Under the pieces are notes generated by a model. It made no database searches, was not told the origin of the DNA, and saw only the letters and a list, made by a program, of their open reading frames with translations. From contig JBDHJS010000003.1 in assembly GCA_039586795.1 (NCBI GenBank), forward strand, positions 96,001 through 160,000: a stretch of DNA of 64,000 nucleotides, in the 5' to 3' direction. Shown here in pieces: positions 9,574-19,508 of this stretch (positions are counted from its first letter, which is position 1; each line of letters begins with the position of its first letter). This DNA is from Gemmatimonadota bacterium. GTDB lineage: Bacteria > Gemmatimonadota > Gemmatimonadetes > Palauibacterales > KS3-K002. The translations under genes were made by a program, and so were the position numbers.

Positions 9574-10977
9574 TTGAATCAGGCTTCGCGAACAAGTCGG
9601 CCAACCATTCTGATGGTCGCCTACCATTTCGCACCCGAGAACGTGAGCGGCACTCACAGATCGCTGCATTTCGCCCGCGATCTACACGAGGCGGGTTACG
9701 GCGTTCGTGTGATCACCGTGAGCGAGTCCCGGATAAAATCGATAGATCGCAGTCTTTCGGACGTCTTTCCCTATCCAGAGTCGATCACTCGAGTGGATCA
9801 CGGAAGCACGATCGGTAGCCTGTACCTGTCGGCAAAGCGGTCAGATTCTGCTCAGCAGGCCGCGACCGAACCATCAGGGCAAGTTGATCCGGCTCAGCGC
9901 GCCGAGAACAACCGCCGCGGATTTCTAACCCGACCTTTAGCGTTTCTGAAGCGACAGGTCGCCGCGTGGGATGTTCTGCCGGACGAGCGACGCGGGTGGT
10001 ACAAACCGGCGGTGAAGGCCGGTCTCGAGCTTGGCAACACGGAGCGAATAGATGCGGTCTTCGCGTCAGGGCCGCCGTGGACCGCCGTGATGGTCGCCCG
10101 CAAGCTGGCGCGAGAACTCAAATGTCATTTGATCGCAGACTTCCGGGACCCGTGGACGGGAAACACGGGCCGGCAGACCCCATACGATGCGGAGTGGTGT
10201 CACTGGATAGCAAAGCGCTGGGAGCAACGCACGCTTCGAGAAGCCCGGCTCGTGCTCTTCAACAGCCCCTCGATCATGGAGGCGGCGGGTCGGAGCTCCG
10301 GCGCAGTCAACGCGTCGAAGCTTCGCAGCATACCCAACGGCTCCGACATGCGTCGGCGTGAGTTCGAATCGCCGATTGCCGCCGAAGGACAGCTGCGCAT
10401 CCGCCACTTCGGCAATCTGTACCGCGGGAGATCGGTGCAACCGCTCGTCAGCGCACTGCAGGCCCTGATTCGCGACGGCTCGCTAGAACCTGGCGAAGTC
10501 TGCGTCGAACTGATCGGCCGCATCGCCGCGGAAGTGCAGGAACTGGTCGCCTCTCCGCCCGACGGAGTAGAATTCAGAGCCGTCCCCACGCTACCCTACA
10601 CCGAGGCGGCAGAGCTGATGATGGAGCCCGCGGTTCTGCTCGTCGTGCAGCCGTCCAATCTCAACGTTCAAATACCGACCAAGCTCTACGACTATCTATG
10701 CACCGGAAACCCGGCACTCGTCATGGCCGCGGAGGACAGCGCTACGTGGGCGGCCGCCCGCAGCTTCGGGCGCTGCGCTCGCCTGCATCCGGCCGAATCA
10801 ACTTCAAACGAAGACGTACTCAGGAAGCTCGTCGACAGTTGGCGTTCCGGTAACCTGAAACAGGAGCGAACGGTGGAAGACACCGAGGCGCTGTCGAAGA
10901 AGGCGGTGGGCGAGATGTTCCTGGGCGCCGTGGCGCCGATCCTCCGGAACCAGACAGGGGATAGTCGGGACCGTTAG
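9574..10977 (+). CDS. GT4-like glycosyltransferase
   Basis: ILMVAYHFAP...GTHRS, ASGPPW, IADFRDPW, IPNG, IPTKLYDYL. Start set at TTG 9574 behind a GGAGGAGG RBS; the ORF track gives 9415. Confidence 0.85.
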   Translation: MNQASRTSRPTILMVAYHFAPENVSGTHRSLHFARDLHEAGYGVRVITVSESRIKSIDRSLSDVFPYPESITRVDHGSTIGSLYLSAKRSDSAQQAATEPSGQVDPAQRAENNRRGFLTRPLAFLKRQVAAWDVLPDERRGWYKPAVKAGLELGNTERIDAVFASGPPWTAVMVARKLARELKCHLIADFRDPWTGNTGRQTPYDAEWCHWIAKRWEQRTLREARLVLFNSPSIMEAAGRSSGAVNASKLRSIPNGSDMRRREFESPIAAEGQLRIRHFGNLYRGRSVQPLVSALQALIRDGSLEPGEVCVELIGRIAAEVQELVASPPDGVEFRAVPTLPYTEAAELMMEPAVLLVVQPSNLNVQIPTKLYDYLCTGNPALVMAAEDSATWAAARSFGRCARLHPAESTSNEDVLRKLVDSWRSGNLKQERTVEDTEALSKKAVGEMFLGAVAPILRNQTGDSRDR

Positions 10978-12422
10978 CGCGGTTGCAGTCTGCGCGAACG
11001 ACGGACGCCTGACCGGCGACGGGAGCGGGGAGCACGAGCCGTCGCCCCGGAGGCCTGAGCTGGCGTGACAACACGTCGCAATGTCGGCAGATTCCCGTGT
11101 GCCAGGAAGTGCGTCTTCGATAGCCCAACGGCCAGACCAATCAGCACGTACGGGATGTCTGAGTACGCTTGCGACAGAAACATGCCGGCGACCAGGTAGG
11201 CAATCAACGACCCGATGAGACTCTGGGCCATCGCCACCTCGCGCCCATCGACGTTCGCCGCGTTGGGCGGTGGTCGCGCCATCAGCCACAACATGCGAAG
11301 GGCGAGACCGAAGAGGGCGAGGAAGACCAGCAGCCCTGTGACCCCCAGCTCAGCCCCTACCTCGAGGTATGAGTTGTGCGCGCTCGACCACTTTAATCCC
11401 ATGCCCCTACGCTCGCGCTCTCGCGCCAACTCGGACAGTCGACCCTCGGCTGTTCCGAAGCGGCCAATGCCTACGCCCAGTAGCGGCCGCTGGCCCATGT
11501 AGCCAACCGCCCGCTTCCACACCTCGAGTCGGCCCGTATCCGAGCGGCCGGACCAGTTGTAGTCCTGCGTGGGGTTGAGAAGCGTGGCCATGCGCTCCCA
11601 ATACTCGTCGCTCGCGACCGATCCGCCGGCGACGAGTACAAATACAGCGACGGCAACCCGAGCCCTCTTCGGCAACTCAGTATAGAACACGAGCCAGTAG
11701 CCGAAGACGGCAATCAACGCGAGAAAGGCACCCCGTGACCCACTGATCACTATCGCCGCCATCATGACGAGCACCGCGCCAACCGCCGCCCACTGGTAGA
11801 GCCGCCGCTGCGCCCGGGTCACGAAGTACGCCGCCATCGGCAACGCCACGACCATGTGCATCGCGTAGTCGTTGGAATCGTAACCGCCGAACCCGACCGG
11901 CCGGCCGGCTGTATCCTCAGGGCCACCGGTCATCACGATCATCGCGCCGTAAATCGCCCCACCGAAGACGAACGCACCTATGAAACGCTCAACGTCAGTG
12001 ACGTCACGAACGCAGGCCGCAACAAGAAGCGCGAACAGAATCGTCTTGATGAAGTGAGGAAACATGAAGCGGAAGCTCTGTGTCGGCCCCAGACTCAGTG
12101 GTATCGACAGGAACATCACCACGATCAGGGCTATGAACGCGTAGCTGATCGGGTTCAGGAGGTACTCGAGCCTCCGCCGCGGATCGGCGTCCAGAAAGTA
12201 GAGCCCGTAGGCCGCCAGCGTCGCCAGCGACGTGACCTGCAGCATCCCGACAATCGGAAACACCGACTGGAATCGCCACAGGTAGGTCAAGAGCATCAGC
12301 GCCACGGCAATCAGGAGCAGATCCCACTTCGGCCTGGCAGCCTCCGTCGCCGCAGCGGCAGCCCGGGCTTGCGCGCGCGAGGGATACTTCACCTGATTGT
12401 TCGCGGCACTATTCTGATTCAC
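10974..12422 (-). CDS. O-antigen ligase / Wzy-like polymerase family membrane protein
   Basis: Many TM helices, SGSRGAFL, R..VW......RPLLGVG.G.F, SAHNSYLEVGAELG. Confidence 0.88.
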   Translation of the reverse strand: MNQNSAANNQVKYPSRAQARAAAAATEAARPKWDLLLIAVALMLLTYLWRFQSVFPIVGMLQVTSLATLAAYGLYFLDADPRRRLEYLLNPISYAFIALIVVMFLSIPLSLGPTQSFRFMFPHFIKTILFALLVAACVRDVTDVERFIGAFVFGGAIYGAMIVMTGGPEDTAGRPVGFGGYDSNDYAMHMVVALPMAAYFVTRAQRRLYQWAAVGAVLVMMAAIVISGSRGAFLALIAVFGYWLVFYTELPKRARVAVAVFVLVAGGSVASDEYWERMATLLNPTQDYNWSGRSDTGRLEVWKRAVGYMGQRPLLGVGIGRFGTAEGRLSELARERERRGMGLKWSSAHNSYLEVGAELGVTGLLVFLALFGLALRMLWLMARPPPNAANVDGREVAMAQSLIGSLIAYLVAGMFLSQAYSDIPYVLIGLAVGLSKTHFLAHGNLPTLRRVVTPAQASGATARAPRSRRRSGVRRSRRLQPR

Positions 12423-12464
12423 AGTAACCTCAGTTTAGGAACGCCGATGTCTTAACGCGGGCCG

Positions 12465-12480
12465 CACAATGAAAGTGCCC
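12465..12480 (-). promoter_or_regulatory. Candidate sigma-54 promoter variant (-12 TTGT)
   Basis: Minus strand GGGCACTTTCATTGTG, about 45 nt upstream of the start at 12422. The -12 element is non-canonical. Confidence 0.3.
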
Positions 12481-12521
12481 TACGCGGCACCCATCTGACA
12501 AGCGCCTGTACTTCATCCACG

Positions 12522-13970
12522 TCAATTGCCGGCCGCCTCGCGGGGAGGAGGATCGGCACCGCACCAATGCAATTCCACTCTATAGGTTCGGTAGTCCAGT
12601 CGCGGTCGCTCCGTTGTGAGCACCTTTCTGCAATTCGCGTCCAACCACCGGGCCCCACCGCCCACATCCCCTACCATCCCGTAACGACGGAACGACGCAA
12701 CCAGCCAGAAGCCGGAGTTCTGCTCCAACTTGTCGGCAAGAAACTGGGGATCGGCACGCACGGTCTCGAAATCGAGATCGGGCGCATAGTATCGCTGAAT
12801 CGTGCCGGGCCACCCAAGAACGGGACGATCGCCAGCGACCCGCTCGATATAGGAGTAGGCTGGGCGGTAATCGAACCTGGTGCCATCCGAAAGGTGTGAG
12901 ACCGTGCCCGGCAACACCGCAGCGGCCAGGACGAGGGTAACTACGCCCATAACGTAGGATTGTCCTGACGTCATCTTCTCGGCCACGCGCTGGGTGAAGC
13001 CGCCCACTGTGACGTACACGAGCGGTAGCATCGCCATGCCGTAGTCGGCGTACACCGACCGGCTAGCTGACATCACCATCATCAATCCTGAACCGGTGAT
13101 CCAGGCGAACCAGGCGAGCGCCCCCCATCGCCGGTCTGAGCCCACACCCTTGAACAACAGATAGGCGCCGCCGACAGCAGCCACCGCCACAACGGGAGGA
13201 CTCGTCCACTGCACCATAGCCGGCACGATTCTCAGCGCCGCAACAAGTCCCCTTGTCTCGTTCAGCGCCCCGACTATGCCGCTGAGAAACAGGTAGAGCA
13301 CTCCGATAAGGCCAACGACAGCGAGCGGCCCCCAAAAGTAGAAGAGACCCCGCCGTGATGGCAGCGAGAGACCCACGCGGCCTTCACTCGAAACGAAGAG
13401 AACCGAGGCAAACGCTCCAAACATCGGGAAGGCGAAACTCGGGTGCGTCAGAGCGCCCACCATCAGGAGCACCAGCATCAGGACGTAACCGCCCACCCGA
13501 TCCGTGTCGAGCGCGTGCAAGAGCACCAGGTAGACGACCACTGCCAACAGGTACACAAGGGTCCAATAGCGTGCGAACTGACTGGCATACAGATGCCAGG
13601 CCGATATCGAGACGAGGAACGCCGCGATGAGCCCGGCCGGCACGCCGAAAACCCGGCGACCGAGCTCGTATGTGACCCAAACACCGAGAACCCCATAGAG
13701 GAAGGGTTGAATTCGCAAATACAACGGTGTATCGGGTGTGACTTTGAGCAGCAGGAATTGCAGGAAATAGTAGAACGGTCTCAGGTTGAACTGTTCACCG
13801 AATTCCACCGAGTCATGCAGCGTGTAGAGCTCATCCTGGTAGACCGGCCACTCGGCCAGTTTGTAAAGGCGCAGCAATACAGCCAGCAGGAGAATGCCCG
13901 CAAACAGCCAGGTACCCGCCGATACACTGCTCGCTGACTTGGTTGAGGTCGGCAATTCCGTCGGTCCCAT
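12522..13970 (-). CDS. GT-C fold glycosyltransferase (GT39/PMT/ArnT-like)
   Basis: LRLY.L......DELYT, P.YY, HLYASQFARYW and multiple TM helices; this family uses lipid-phosphate-linked donors. Confidence 0.8.
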   Translation of the reverse strand: MGPTELPTSTKSASSVSAGTWLFAGILLLAVLLRLYKLAEWPVYQDELYTLHDSVEFGEQFNLRPFYYFLQFLLLKVTPDTPLYLRIQPFLYGVLGVWVTYELGRRVFGVPAGLIAAFLVSISAWHLYASQFARYWTLVYLLAVVVYLVLLHALDTDRVGGYVLMLVLLMVGALTHPSFAFPMFGAFASVLFVSSEGRVGLSLPSRRGLFYFWGPLAVVGLIGVLYLFLSGIVGALNETRGLVAALRIVPAMVQWTSPPVVAVAAVGGAYLLFKGVGSDRRWGALAWFAWITGSGLMMVMSASRSVYADYGMAMLPLVYVTVGGFTQRVAEKMTSGQSYVMGVVTLVLAAAVLPGTVSHLSDGTRFDYRPAYSYIERVAGDRPVLGWPGTIQRYYAPDLDFETVRADPQFLADKLEQNSGFWLVASFRRYGMVGDVGGGARWLDANCRKVLTTERPRLDYRTYRVELHWCGADPPPREAAGN

Positions 13971-13990
13971 GCTCTAGTTCAGCGGACTAC

Positions 13991-14986
13991 TCACTCCGAG
14001 TCCTCGATCGACCGACGCGCAACCCGGTAGGACGGCCGCCGCGTAGCGTGCAGGTGGACGATGATCTCTCCGATCAGACCCAGCGCGATGGCCTGAACTC
14101 CAAGAACGACCAGAAGGACGCCGAGCAACAGCAGTGGTCGATCGGCAAGGCTCTCTCCGGCGAAACGCTGGATTAGAACGACCATCAGTATCGCGCCGCC
14201 GATCACGGACAGTCCACTGCCCATGAGTCCGAAGAAGCGCAGCGGCTTCTCCGTGAATCGCAGCAGAAAGAAGAGGCCAAGTACGTCGAGCAGTCGGCGC
14301 AGGTAGACTCCGGGAGAGTAGAGTCTCATGCCGACATCCGCCGAGTGCTGAGGACTGTCGACTTCTACGACCGAGTACCCTTCACGCAAAGCCAGCAACG
14401 GAATGAAGCGGTAGAAATCACCATAGAGGGGAATCTCATCAAGCAACTCGCGGCGCATGGCTCGCACGCCGCACGCCACGTCGTGCAGACGACCACGGCC
14501 GAGCTTTCCGATCAGCGCGTGGAACACTCGGCTCTGAAGTCGATTGATCCACGAGTCGCGACGCGGCCAGCGACGCGCCATCGCCAGGTCGGCGCCCTCT
14601 TCCACTTTCTCGATGAGCGCCAGCAACGCCGAAGGTTGCACTCGGCGATACGAAGGCAGCGTGAGTAGGATCGAACCCTTGGAGTGAGCCGCCGCCACCT
14701 TCAGCAATGCCGCTTCGCCCACCGGCTGCGCCAGCTCGAGTATCGAGATCGGCTCTCCCGACTCTCTGAGCGGCTCGAGCTCGGATGTCAGTTTCTCATA
14801 CCAGGGTTCTGCCACGAATACAAACTCGTAAGACCGACCCGCCTCTCTCAGAGGCTCCGCGTACTCGCGATAGATCTCGACCAGGGACTCAGGGCGTTCC
14901 CTGACCGGGACTATCACCGACACGACGACCTCAGTCGCACTTTCCTGGCTGGTAATCGTGATCCGCTCCAATTCAGCTGTCTTCAT
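13991..14986 (-). CDS. GT2 ArnC/GtrB-like protein with degenerate catalytic motifs
   Basis: Paralogous to 14973..15938 (DVACG.RA.RRE, LYGDFYRFIP, PLRFFG, C-terminal TM pair), but DDGS is replaced by AEPW and DGD by PSY. Start ATG 14986 behind GGAGAGGAG. Confidence 0.8.
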   Translation of the reverse strand: MKTAELERITITSQESATEVVVSVIVPVRERPESLVEIYREYAEPLREAGRSYEFVFVAEPWYEKLTSELEPLRESGEPISILELAQPVGEAALLKVAAAHSKGSILLTLPSYRRVQPSALLALIEKVEEGADLAMARRWPRRDSWINRLQSRVFHALIGKLGRGRLHDVACGVRAMRRELLDEIPLYGDFYRFIPLLALREGYSVVEVDSPQHSADVGMRLYSPGVYLRRLLDVLGLFFLLRFTEKPLRFFGLMGSGLSVIGGAILMVVLIQRFAGESLADRPLLLLGVLLVVLGVQAIALGLIGEIIVHLHATRRPSYRVARRSIEDSE

Positions 14987-15938
14987 CACTGCTCCTCTCC
15001 CGAACCACCGGGAGCGCCCCGGACTCCTCGCCACGCGCCTCACGTAAGGCACCCTCGGCGATCAATCCGAGCATCAACAAGTAGAAGGCCAGACCGAGCC
15101 AAAGCAGCGCCGCGCCCGGAAGCACGAGCGCATTCGCTTTCACAGCTCGGAACGTTGTTAGGGCTATGATGGCTGCGACCGCGAATGCCAGGCCCATCGT
15201 CGCCGAGCCGAGCGCGCCGACGCCAAACAGGGCCAGCGGCCGTTCCCGGAACGAGCGGATCATCTTGATCGTCAAGAGATCCGCCAGGACCTTCCCGATC
15301 CGCGACAGGCCATACTTGCTCGTCCCGTAACGACGCGGGAAGTGGCGCACCGGGATCTCGGCAATACGTGCACCGCCGGTGGCGGCCGCGACCGCAGGGA
15401 TGAACCGGTGCATGTCCGAGTACAGATGGAGCCGATCCAGCAGCTCGCGTCGGTACGCTTTCAGCGAGCAACCGTTATCGCGAATCGGCACACCCGTGAT
15501 CCAGCCGATGATCCGGTTGGCCACCCAGGAAGGCACCTTGCGCGTGATGAACTTGTCCTTCCGGCGCTCCCGGTAGCCCGCCACGAGATCGTAGCCCTCT
15601 TCGATCTTCTCCAAGAACCGGGGAATGTCCTCCGGATCGTTCTGAAGGTCGCCGTCCATCGTGACGATGACCCGGCCCACCGCGTGGTCGAACCCGGCCT
15701 GCATCGCCGGGGTTTGACCGTAGTTGCGAGCCAGCCGCAGCAGCCGCAGCCGCTGATCCTGCTCGGCCAACCGAGTCACGATCTCCGGAGTCCGGTCACC
15801 GCTCCCATCATCCACGAGCAGGAGCTCCCAATCGTCCCCGTCGCCGAGCGCGGCTTTCACCGCGTCGACCAGGGGCCCAACGCTCTCCTCCTCGTTGAAG
15901 AGGGGCACGACAACCGAGAGGGGCAGTTCCCTAACCAT
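14973..15938 (-). CDS. GT2 polyprenyl-phosphate glycosyltransferase (ArnC/GtrB/DPM1-like)
   Basis: SVVVPLFNEE, LVDDGSGD, RNYGQ, MDGDLQNDP, DNGCSLKAYRR, and two C-terminal TM helices. Confidence 0.92.
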   Translation of the reverse strand: MVRELPLSVVVPLFNEEESVGPLVDAVKAALGDGDDWELLLVDDGSGDRTPEIVTRLAEQDQRLRLLRLARNYGQTPAMQAGFDHAVGRVIVTMDGDLQNDPEDIPRFLEKIEEGYDLVAGYRERRKDKFITRKVPSWVANRIIGWITGVPIRDNGCSLKAYRRELLDRLHLYSDMHRFIPAVAAATGGARIAEIPVRHFPRRYGTSKYGLSRIGKVLADLLTIKMIRSFRERPLALFGVGALGSATMGLAFAVAAIIALTTFRAVKANALVLPGAALLWLGLAFYLLMLGLIAEGALREARGEESGALPVVRERSSDEDS

Positions 15939-15953
15939 AGCGAACCGAGCTAG

Positions 15954-15969
15954 GGCAACGGATATGCCG
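15954..15969 (-). promoter_or_regulatory. Candidate sigma-54 -24/-12 promoter for the GT2-GT2-GT39 operon
   Basis: Minus strand CGGCATATCCGTTGCC, close to the TGGCAC-N5-TTGC consensus. Confidence 0.6.
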
Positions 15970-16205
15970 CTTTTTGGGGACTGGATGCCAGATAACTAGT
16001 GCCTCCCGGGCCTGGCGTCGTGGGATCGGTGCAACAGAGCTCCCGATCCCCGCACCCCGCCTCGCTGCGAAAACCAACTATTGTAAAGGGTTCCGAGCGC
16101 CACGAGCCGGTTTTGCCGACCCGGTGTCCGCCACCATGAGATGGCACGACATCGAGGCGCCAACCATCACCGCTCTGGAGGCGATGGACCCCCGTGTGCA
16201 GAGCC

Positions 16206-17402
16206 TCAGCTCGAATAGCTGTTGAGCAAGTGCAACACTTTCTCGACCTCCACTTCCGAGGCCAGAGAATGCGTGGGTACCGTGATGAGCGTTCGGGCCA
16301 GCTCCTCCGCCCCGGGCCAACCACCGGAGGCCCCCCGTAGACGGGCTCCCAGCTGCGGGAGCGCAGCCAGAGTCGTTGGATAGGCGGGAGCGATGCCCAG
16401 CCGCGCCGCATCTCCGGGAGCGTGGAAGCCGGCCATCCCTTCTTGCAGCCGAAGCGGAAGACGCAGATAGCCAGGTGAAGCGTCTTCGGCGACCTGAATC
16501 GGCCGAACGGCGGGCCCGGTCAGTTCGCTCAGCATAGCTTCCGCCTTCTCGCGGCGGCGAGCGGCCTCGTCCCACGCGTCCGGCCAGGTACGCGAAAGGA
16601 TGGCGGCTGACGATCGGGGCAATGCCGCTATGGGCGTCGGCTCATGGTAGACCGTTTCGCCGAGTCCAAGAAACGGGAGCGATGCCGGAAGGTTGTAGAG
16701 GCTTGGCCGAGCGAGGGTCCACTGAGCGACCCCACCGAGGATCACTCGGACCTCGCTGCTAAGACCCCCCGTCGACGTCGGCGCTTCCGGCGCCGCGGCA
16801 ACCTCTTCTCTTAGGAGCAACGCACCGCCTCGTACACCCGTCCAGCCTTTACCACGTCCGAAACTCAACACGCTGAGCTCGCCGAGCGAGCCCAGAGGTT
16901 TTGAACGCCACGCGGCCCCATGACCCTGGGCCGCATCCTCGATGGCGATGGCAGAGTAGGACGACGTGATCTTCTCAACAGCGTCCCAGTCTACCGGAAT
17001 TCCGTAAAGCGGGCTGATGACCACGATCCGCGCGCCATCATCGAGTACGCCGCGCAGCGAATCGAAGTCTGGCGCTAGCGTGTCAGGATCGATGTCGTAG
17101 AGCGCGACGCTCTCGCCGTATGCAACGGCCGCCGTCGCAACGTCGAAGCAAGTGAACGCGGGCAAAGCGACGGTCGCCGATCCACCCAACCTCTGACCGG
17201 CGGCTTGCAGCGACAGATGAAGTGCCTGGGTGCCACTTCCGCAAAGGATTAGCTGATCGGCGTCGTATTCCCGAGCGAGCTTGTCACGTAGCGTCGATCG
17301 CGAGTCCCGGCTAACACGCGCCGCCTGCAGCGCACCGGCCCAAGACGCGCGCAGCGAAAGGGGTGAGTGGACCGGCGGAATACGTCGCGGGAAGAAGCTC
17401 AT
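16206..17402 (-). CDS. DegT/DnrJ/EryC1/StrS PLP-dependent aminotransferase family
   Basis: SGTQAL, LPAFTC, IEDAAQGHG, LSFGRGK (PLP lysine), GGAL. Confidence 0.85.
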   Translation of the reverse strand: MSFFPRRIPPVHSPLSLRASWAGALQAARVSRDSRSTLRDKLAREYDADQLILCGSGTQALHLSLQAAGQRLGGSATVALPAFTCFDVATAAVAYGESVALYDIDPDTLAPDFDSLRGVLDDGARIVVISPLYGIPVDWDAVEKITSSYSAIAIEDAAQGHGAAWRSKPLGSLGELSVLSFGRGKGWTGVRGGALLLREEVAAAPEAPTSTGGLSSEVRVILGGVAQWTLARPSLYNLPASLPFLGLGETVYHEPTPIAALPRSSAAILSRTWPDAWDEAARRREKAEAMLSELTGPAVRPIQVAEDASPGYLRLPLRLQEGMAGFHAPGDAARLGIAPAYPTTLAALPQLGARLRGASGGWPGAEELARTLITVPTHSLASEVEVEKVLHLLNSYSS

Positions 17403-17403
17403 C

Positions 17404-18450
17404 TCATGGGATGTTGCGTGACAAGAAGGGGCCTATCCTGTTGGCCAGCCCCAGTGGCAAACGGCTCCACGCCGCGGTAGCGGCTCTGAAGATGGGCCGA
17501 TCGGGTGATGGCGTCGCCGAGACTCCACTGGGTGACCATTGCGCCCAAGAGAGTTGGGCGTCGTTCCCGCCCCACTGTCTCTTGAATCGGTGCGTGCCGC
17601 TGTCTGGCGAGCAGCGACCGAAATTGAAGACCTTCAGACCGCGGGCGATCATCTGCTGCATGAACGTCCAGTACAGGAGCATGTTCGGCGCCATCCGATT
17701 GTGTTCGCGGAGCGATGACGCCCAGGTCATCTCGAACTCGTCGCGCCAGATGAACCCCGCCGCCGCGGCCACCGGCTGTTCACGCCAGTACACTGCGCCA
17801 AACACAGCGCGTTCGGCCAGGACGCTCGCAATACGCTCAAAGAAAGATAGCGGCAGGACTGGCGTGCCAAGGTCCCGCATGTTCCGAGTGAACACCGAGT
17901 AGAAAGCCTCGACCTGATCCAGGCCAAAGCGGCCCTCCATATTCTCCTTGATCGGCCTGCGAATCTGGCTGCGAAGTTTGGCCGGAAAGACCTCTTTCCA
18001 GAGTACTTCCTCGTCGGGAGGTAAGTCGAGCAACACGGTAATCTTCCTCTCCGACAGCGAAAGATCCGTCTCTACCGGATGCCGAGTACGCAGCTCGACC
18101 AGATCCACGCCCACTCGTTTCGCCGCCTCGACGGCATGCTCGGCAAGGCGCGATTGAGCCGCTGGCGACCCGATGGGTCCGCCGTAATTGAGGAACGGCA
18201 TTGACACCAGATAGTCGCCGAAGATCCTGCTCTTGACCCGCACCAGCGGAAGCGCGCCGACGATCGTGCCGTCACGATCTTGTGCGGTGTACAGGAGGCT
18301 CTCGTGACCGAGAGCATCCGCCATGACTTCGCGCCAGCCGATGAGGTGGCAAAACGTTCCGTGATCCGAGGTCGCCACGAAATCATCCCACTCGGCCGCC
18401 TCGCCCTCGAACGACCTGATCTCCAGCTCCTCGGTAGCACGATCGGTCAT
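17404..18450 (-). CDS. FemAB-related GNAT-fold protein (PEP-CTERM/exosortase-locus type)
   Basis: LVSMPFLNYGG, KLRSQIRRP, RNMRDLGTPV, APNMLLYW, FNFGRCSPDSGTHRFKRQWG. Confidence 0.9.
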   Translation of the reverse strand: MTDRATEELEIRSFEGEAAEWDDFVATSDHGTFCHLIGWREVMADALGHESLLYTAQDRDGTIVGALPLVRVKSRIFGDYLVSMPFLNYGGPIGSPAAQSRLAEHAVEAAKRVGVDLVELRTRHPVETDLSLSERKITVLLDLPPDEEVLWKEVFPAKLRSQIRRPIKENMEGRFGLDQVEAFYSVFTRNMRDLGTPVLPLSFFERIASVLAERAVFGAVYWREQPVAAAAGFIWRDEFEMTWASSLREHNRMAPNMLLYWTFMQQMIARGLKVFNFGRCSPDSGTHRFKRQWGGNDAQLSWAQWSPSGVSATPSPDRPIFRAATAAWSRLPLGLANRIGPFLSRNIP

Positions 18451-19274
18451 AGTGATGCCACGGTGTCCGCTATGGGCCGAAAAGAGAACTCGCCAAGGAA
18501 GCGGCGCAAGCGCTTCGCGGTGCGCCCCAGCCCGCCATAATGCCTGAGCCGCGTGAGCAACGACACATCGAGCCGCGGCTGGTTCGGGTCGATCTCCCAG
18601 GGGTGTATGTAGAAGGTCGCCGGGTGTCCGCGCTGCGCGCTGCTACGGGCAGCGGCGCGGGCCAGCGAGTACGGCAGCAAGCGAAAGTAGGCACCTCCGC
18701 CCGCCGGGAGGTTGAGCTTCCCGACCCGCACTGTCGCCGGCGGCATCTCCGCGATCCTTCCAACGTCTCGTTCGATCCAGTGTGGATCCCGTCGGCCAGC
18801 CGGGTAACCGTAACCCGGACGTGACACCGGGAAGAGGCTCGAATCGTAAGCGTGGCCCTCCTCGATAAGCACATCCAGTGCCCACTCGCAGCCGGGCGTG
18901 ATGGAGAACGAGGGCGCTCGGAATCCTCGCACGGGTTCGCCGGTCAATTCCTCCAGCAACTCCTTTGTGCGTTTCACGGAGTCCCGAAAATCATCCCGGC
19001 TTTGTCGCCCGACGAGGCGATGGTCCCAGCCGTGTGATGCGACCTCGTGTCCGGCCGCTGCAATGCTGCGGACCATTTCCGGGTGCTTTTCGGCGACCCA
19101 GCCAAGGACAAAGAACGTGGCGCCGGCATCGTGCTCTGCAAACATCTCGAGGAGTTGGGAGACGCTGTTCACGACCCTGCTCTCGAAGTCATTCCAGCGC
19201 TTTCGACTGACGTGTGATTCGAAAGCCGAGACCTGGAAATACTCCTCAACGTCTACGCTGAAGTGATGAATCAT
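18447..19274 (-). CDS. Polysaccharide deacetylase, PEP-CTERM-locus subfamily (DUF3473-containing)
   Basis: FSVDVEEYFQV, ATFFVLGWVAE, GHEVASHG, GFRAPSFSI, YDSS.FP, GGGAYFRLLPY, FYIHPWEIDP. Confidence 0.92.
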   Translation of the reverse strand: MIHHFSVDVEEYFQVSAFESHVSRKRWNDFESRVVNSVSQLLEMFAEHDAGATFFVLGWVAEKHPEMVRSIAAAGHEVASHGWDHRLVGRQSRDDFRDSVKRTKELLEELTGEPVRGFRAPSFSITPGCEWALDVLIEEGHAYDSSLFPVSRPGYGYPAGRRDPHWIERDVGRIAEMPPATVRVGKLNLPAGGGAYFRLLPYSLARAAARSSAQRGHPATFYIHPWEIDPNQPRLDVSLLTRLRHYGGLGRTAKRLRRFLGEFSFRPIADTVASL

Positions 19275-19349
19275 CCGTTCTCAAGTTTCCGGTTTCGCCA
19301 CTGGGGACAGGCGATTGGGATCATGACCATTCAGCCACCGAAAGCGGTT

Positions 19350-19365
19350 CGCAATGTACGTGCCT
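19350..19365 (-). promoter_or_regulatory. Candidate sigma-54 -24/-12 promoter for the deacetylase-FemAB-DegT operon
   Basis: Minus strand AGGCACGTACATTGCG is near consensus and about 75 nt upstream of the start at 19274. An IHF-like TTGCAAGGGGTTG lies just upstream. Confidence 0.65.
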
Positions 19366-19492
19366 CTGTGAACAACCCCTTGCAATATCTTCCACTTGTG
19401 ATAGACTTTGCACTCTGCGACGCTAGGTCTGGCCGGGCCTTTCGTCGTCTAACCCCACAAATGTCGGATACTTGTAGCGCGTAGCCATCGAT

Positions 19493-19508
19493 GGGTGTGC
19501 CTCTTGCT
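19493..19508 (+). promoter_or_regulatory. Candidate sigma-54 -24/-12 promoter for the FN3 lipoprotein operon
   Basis: GGGTGTGCCTCTTGCT shares TGCCTCTTGCTA with the site at 25984. Confidence 0.45.

Noticed and set aside
16206..17402. DegT-family protein as a pseudoenzyme
   Set aside because: The PLP-binding Asp (EDAAQ) and Lys (SFGRGK) are retained.
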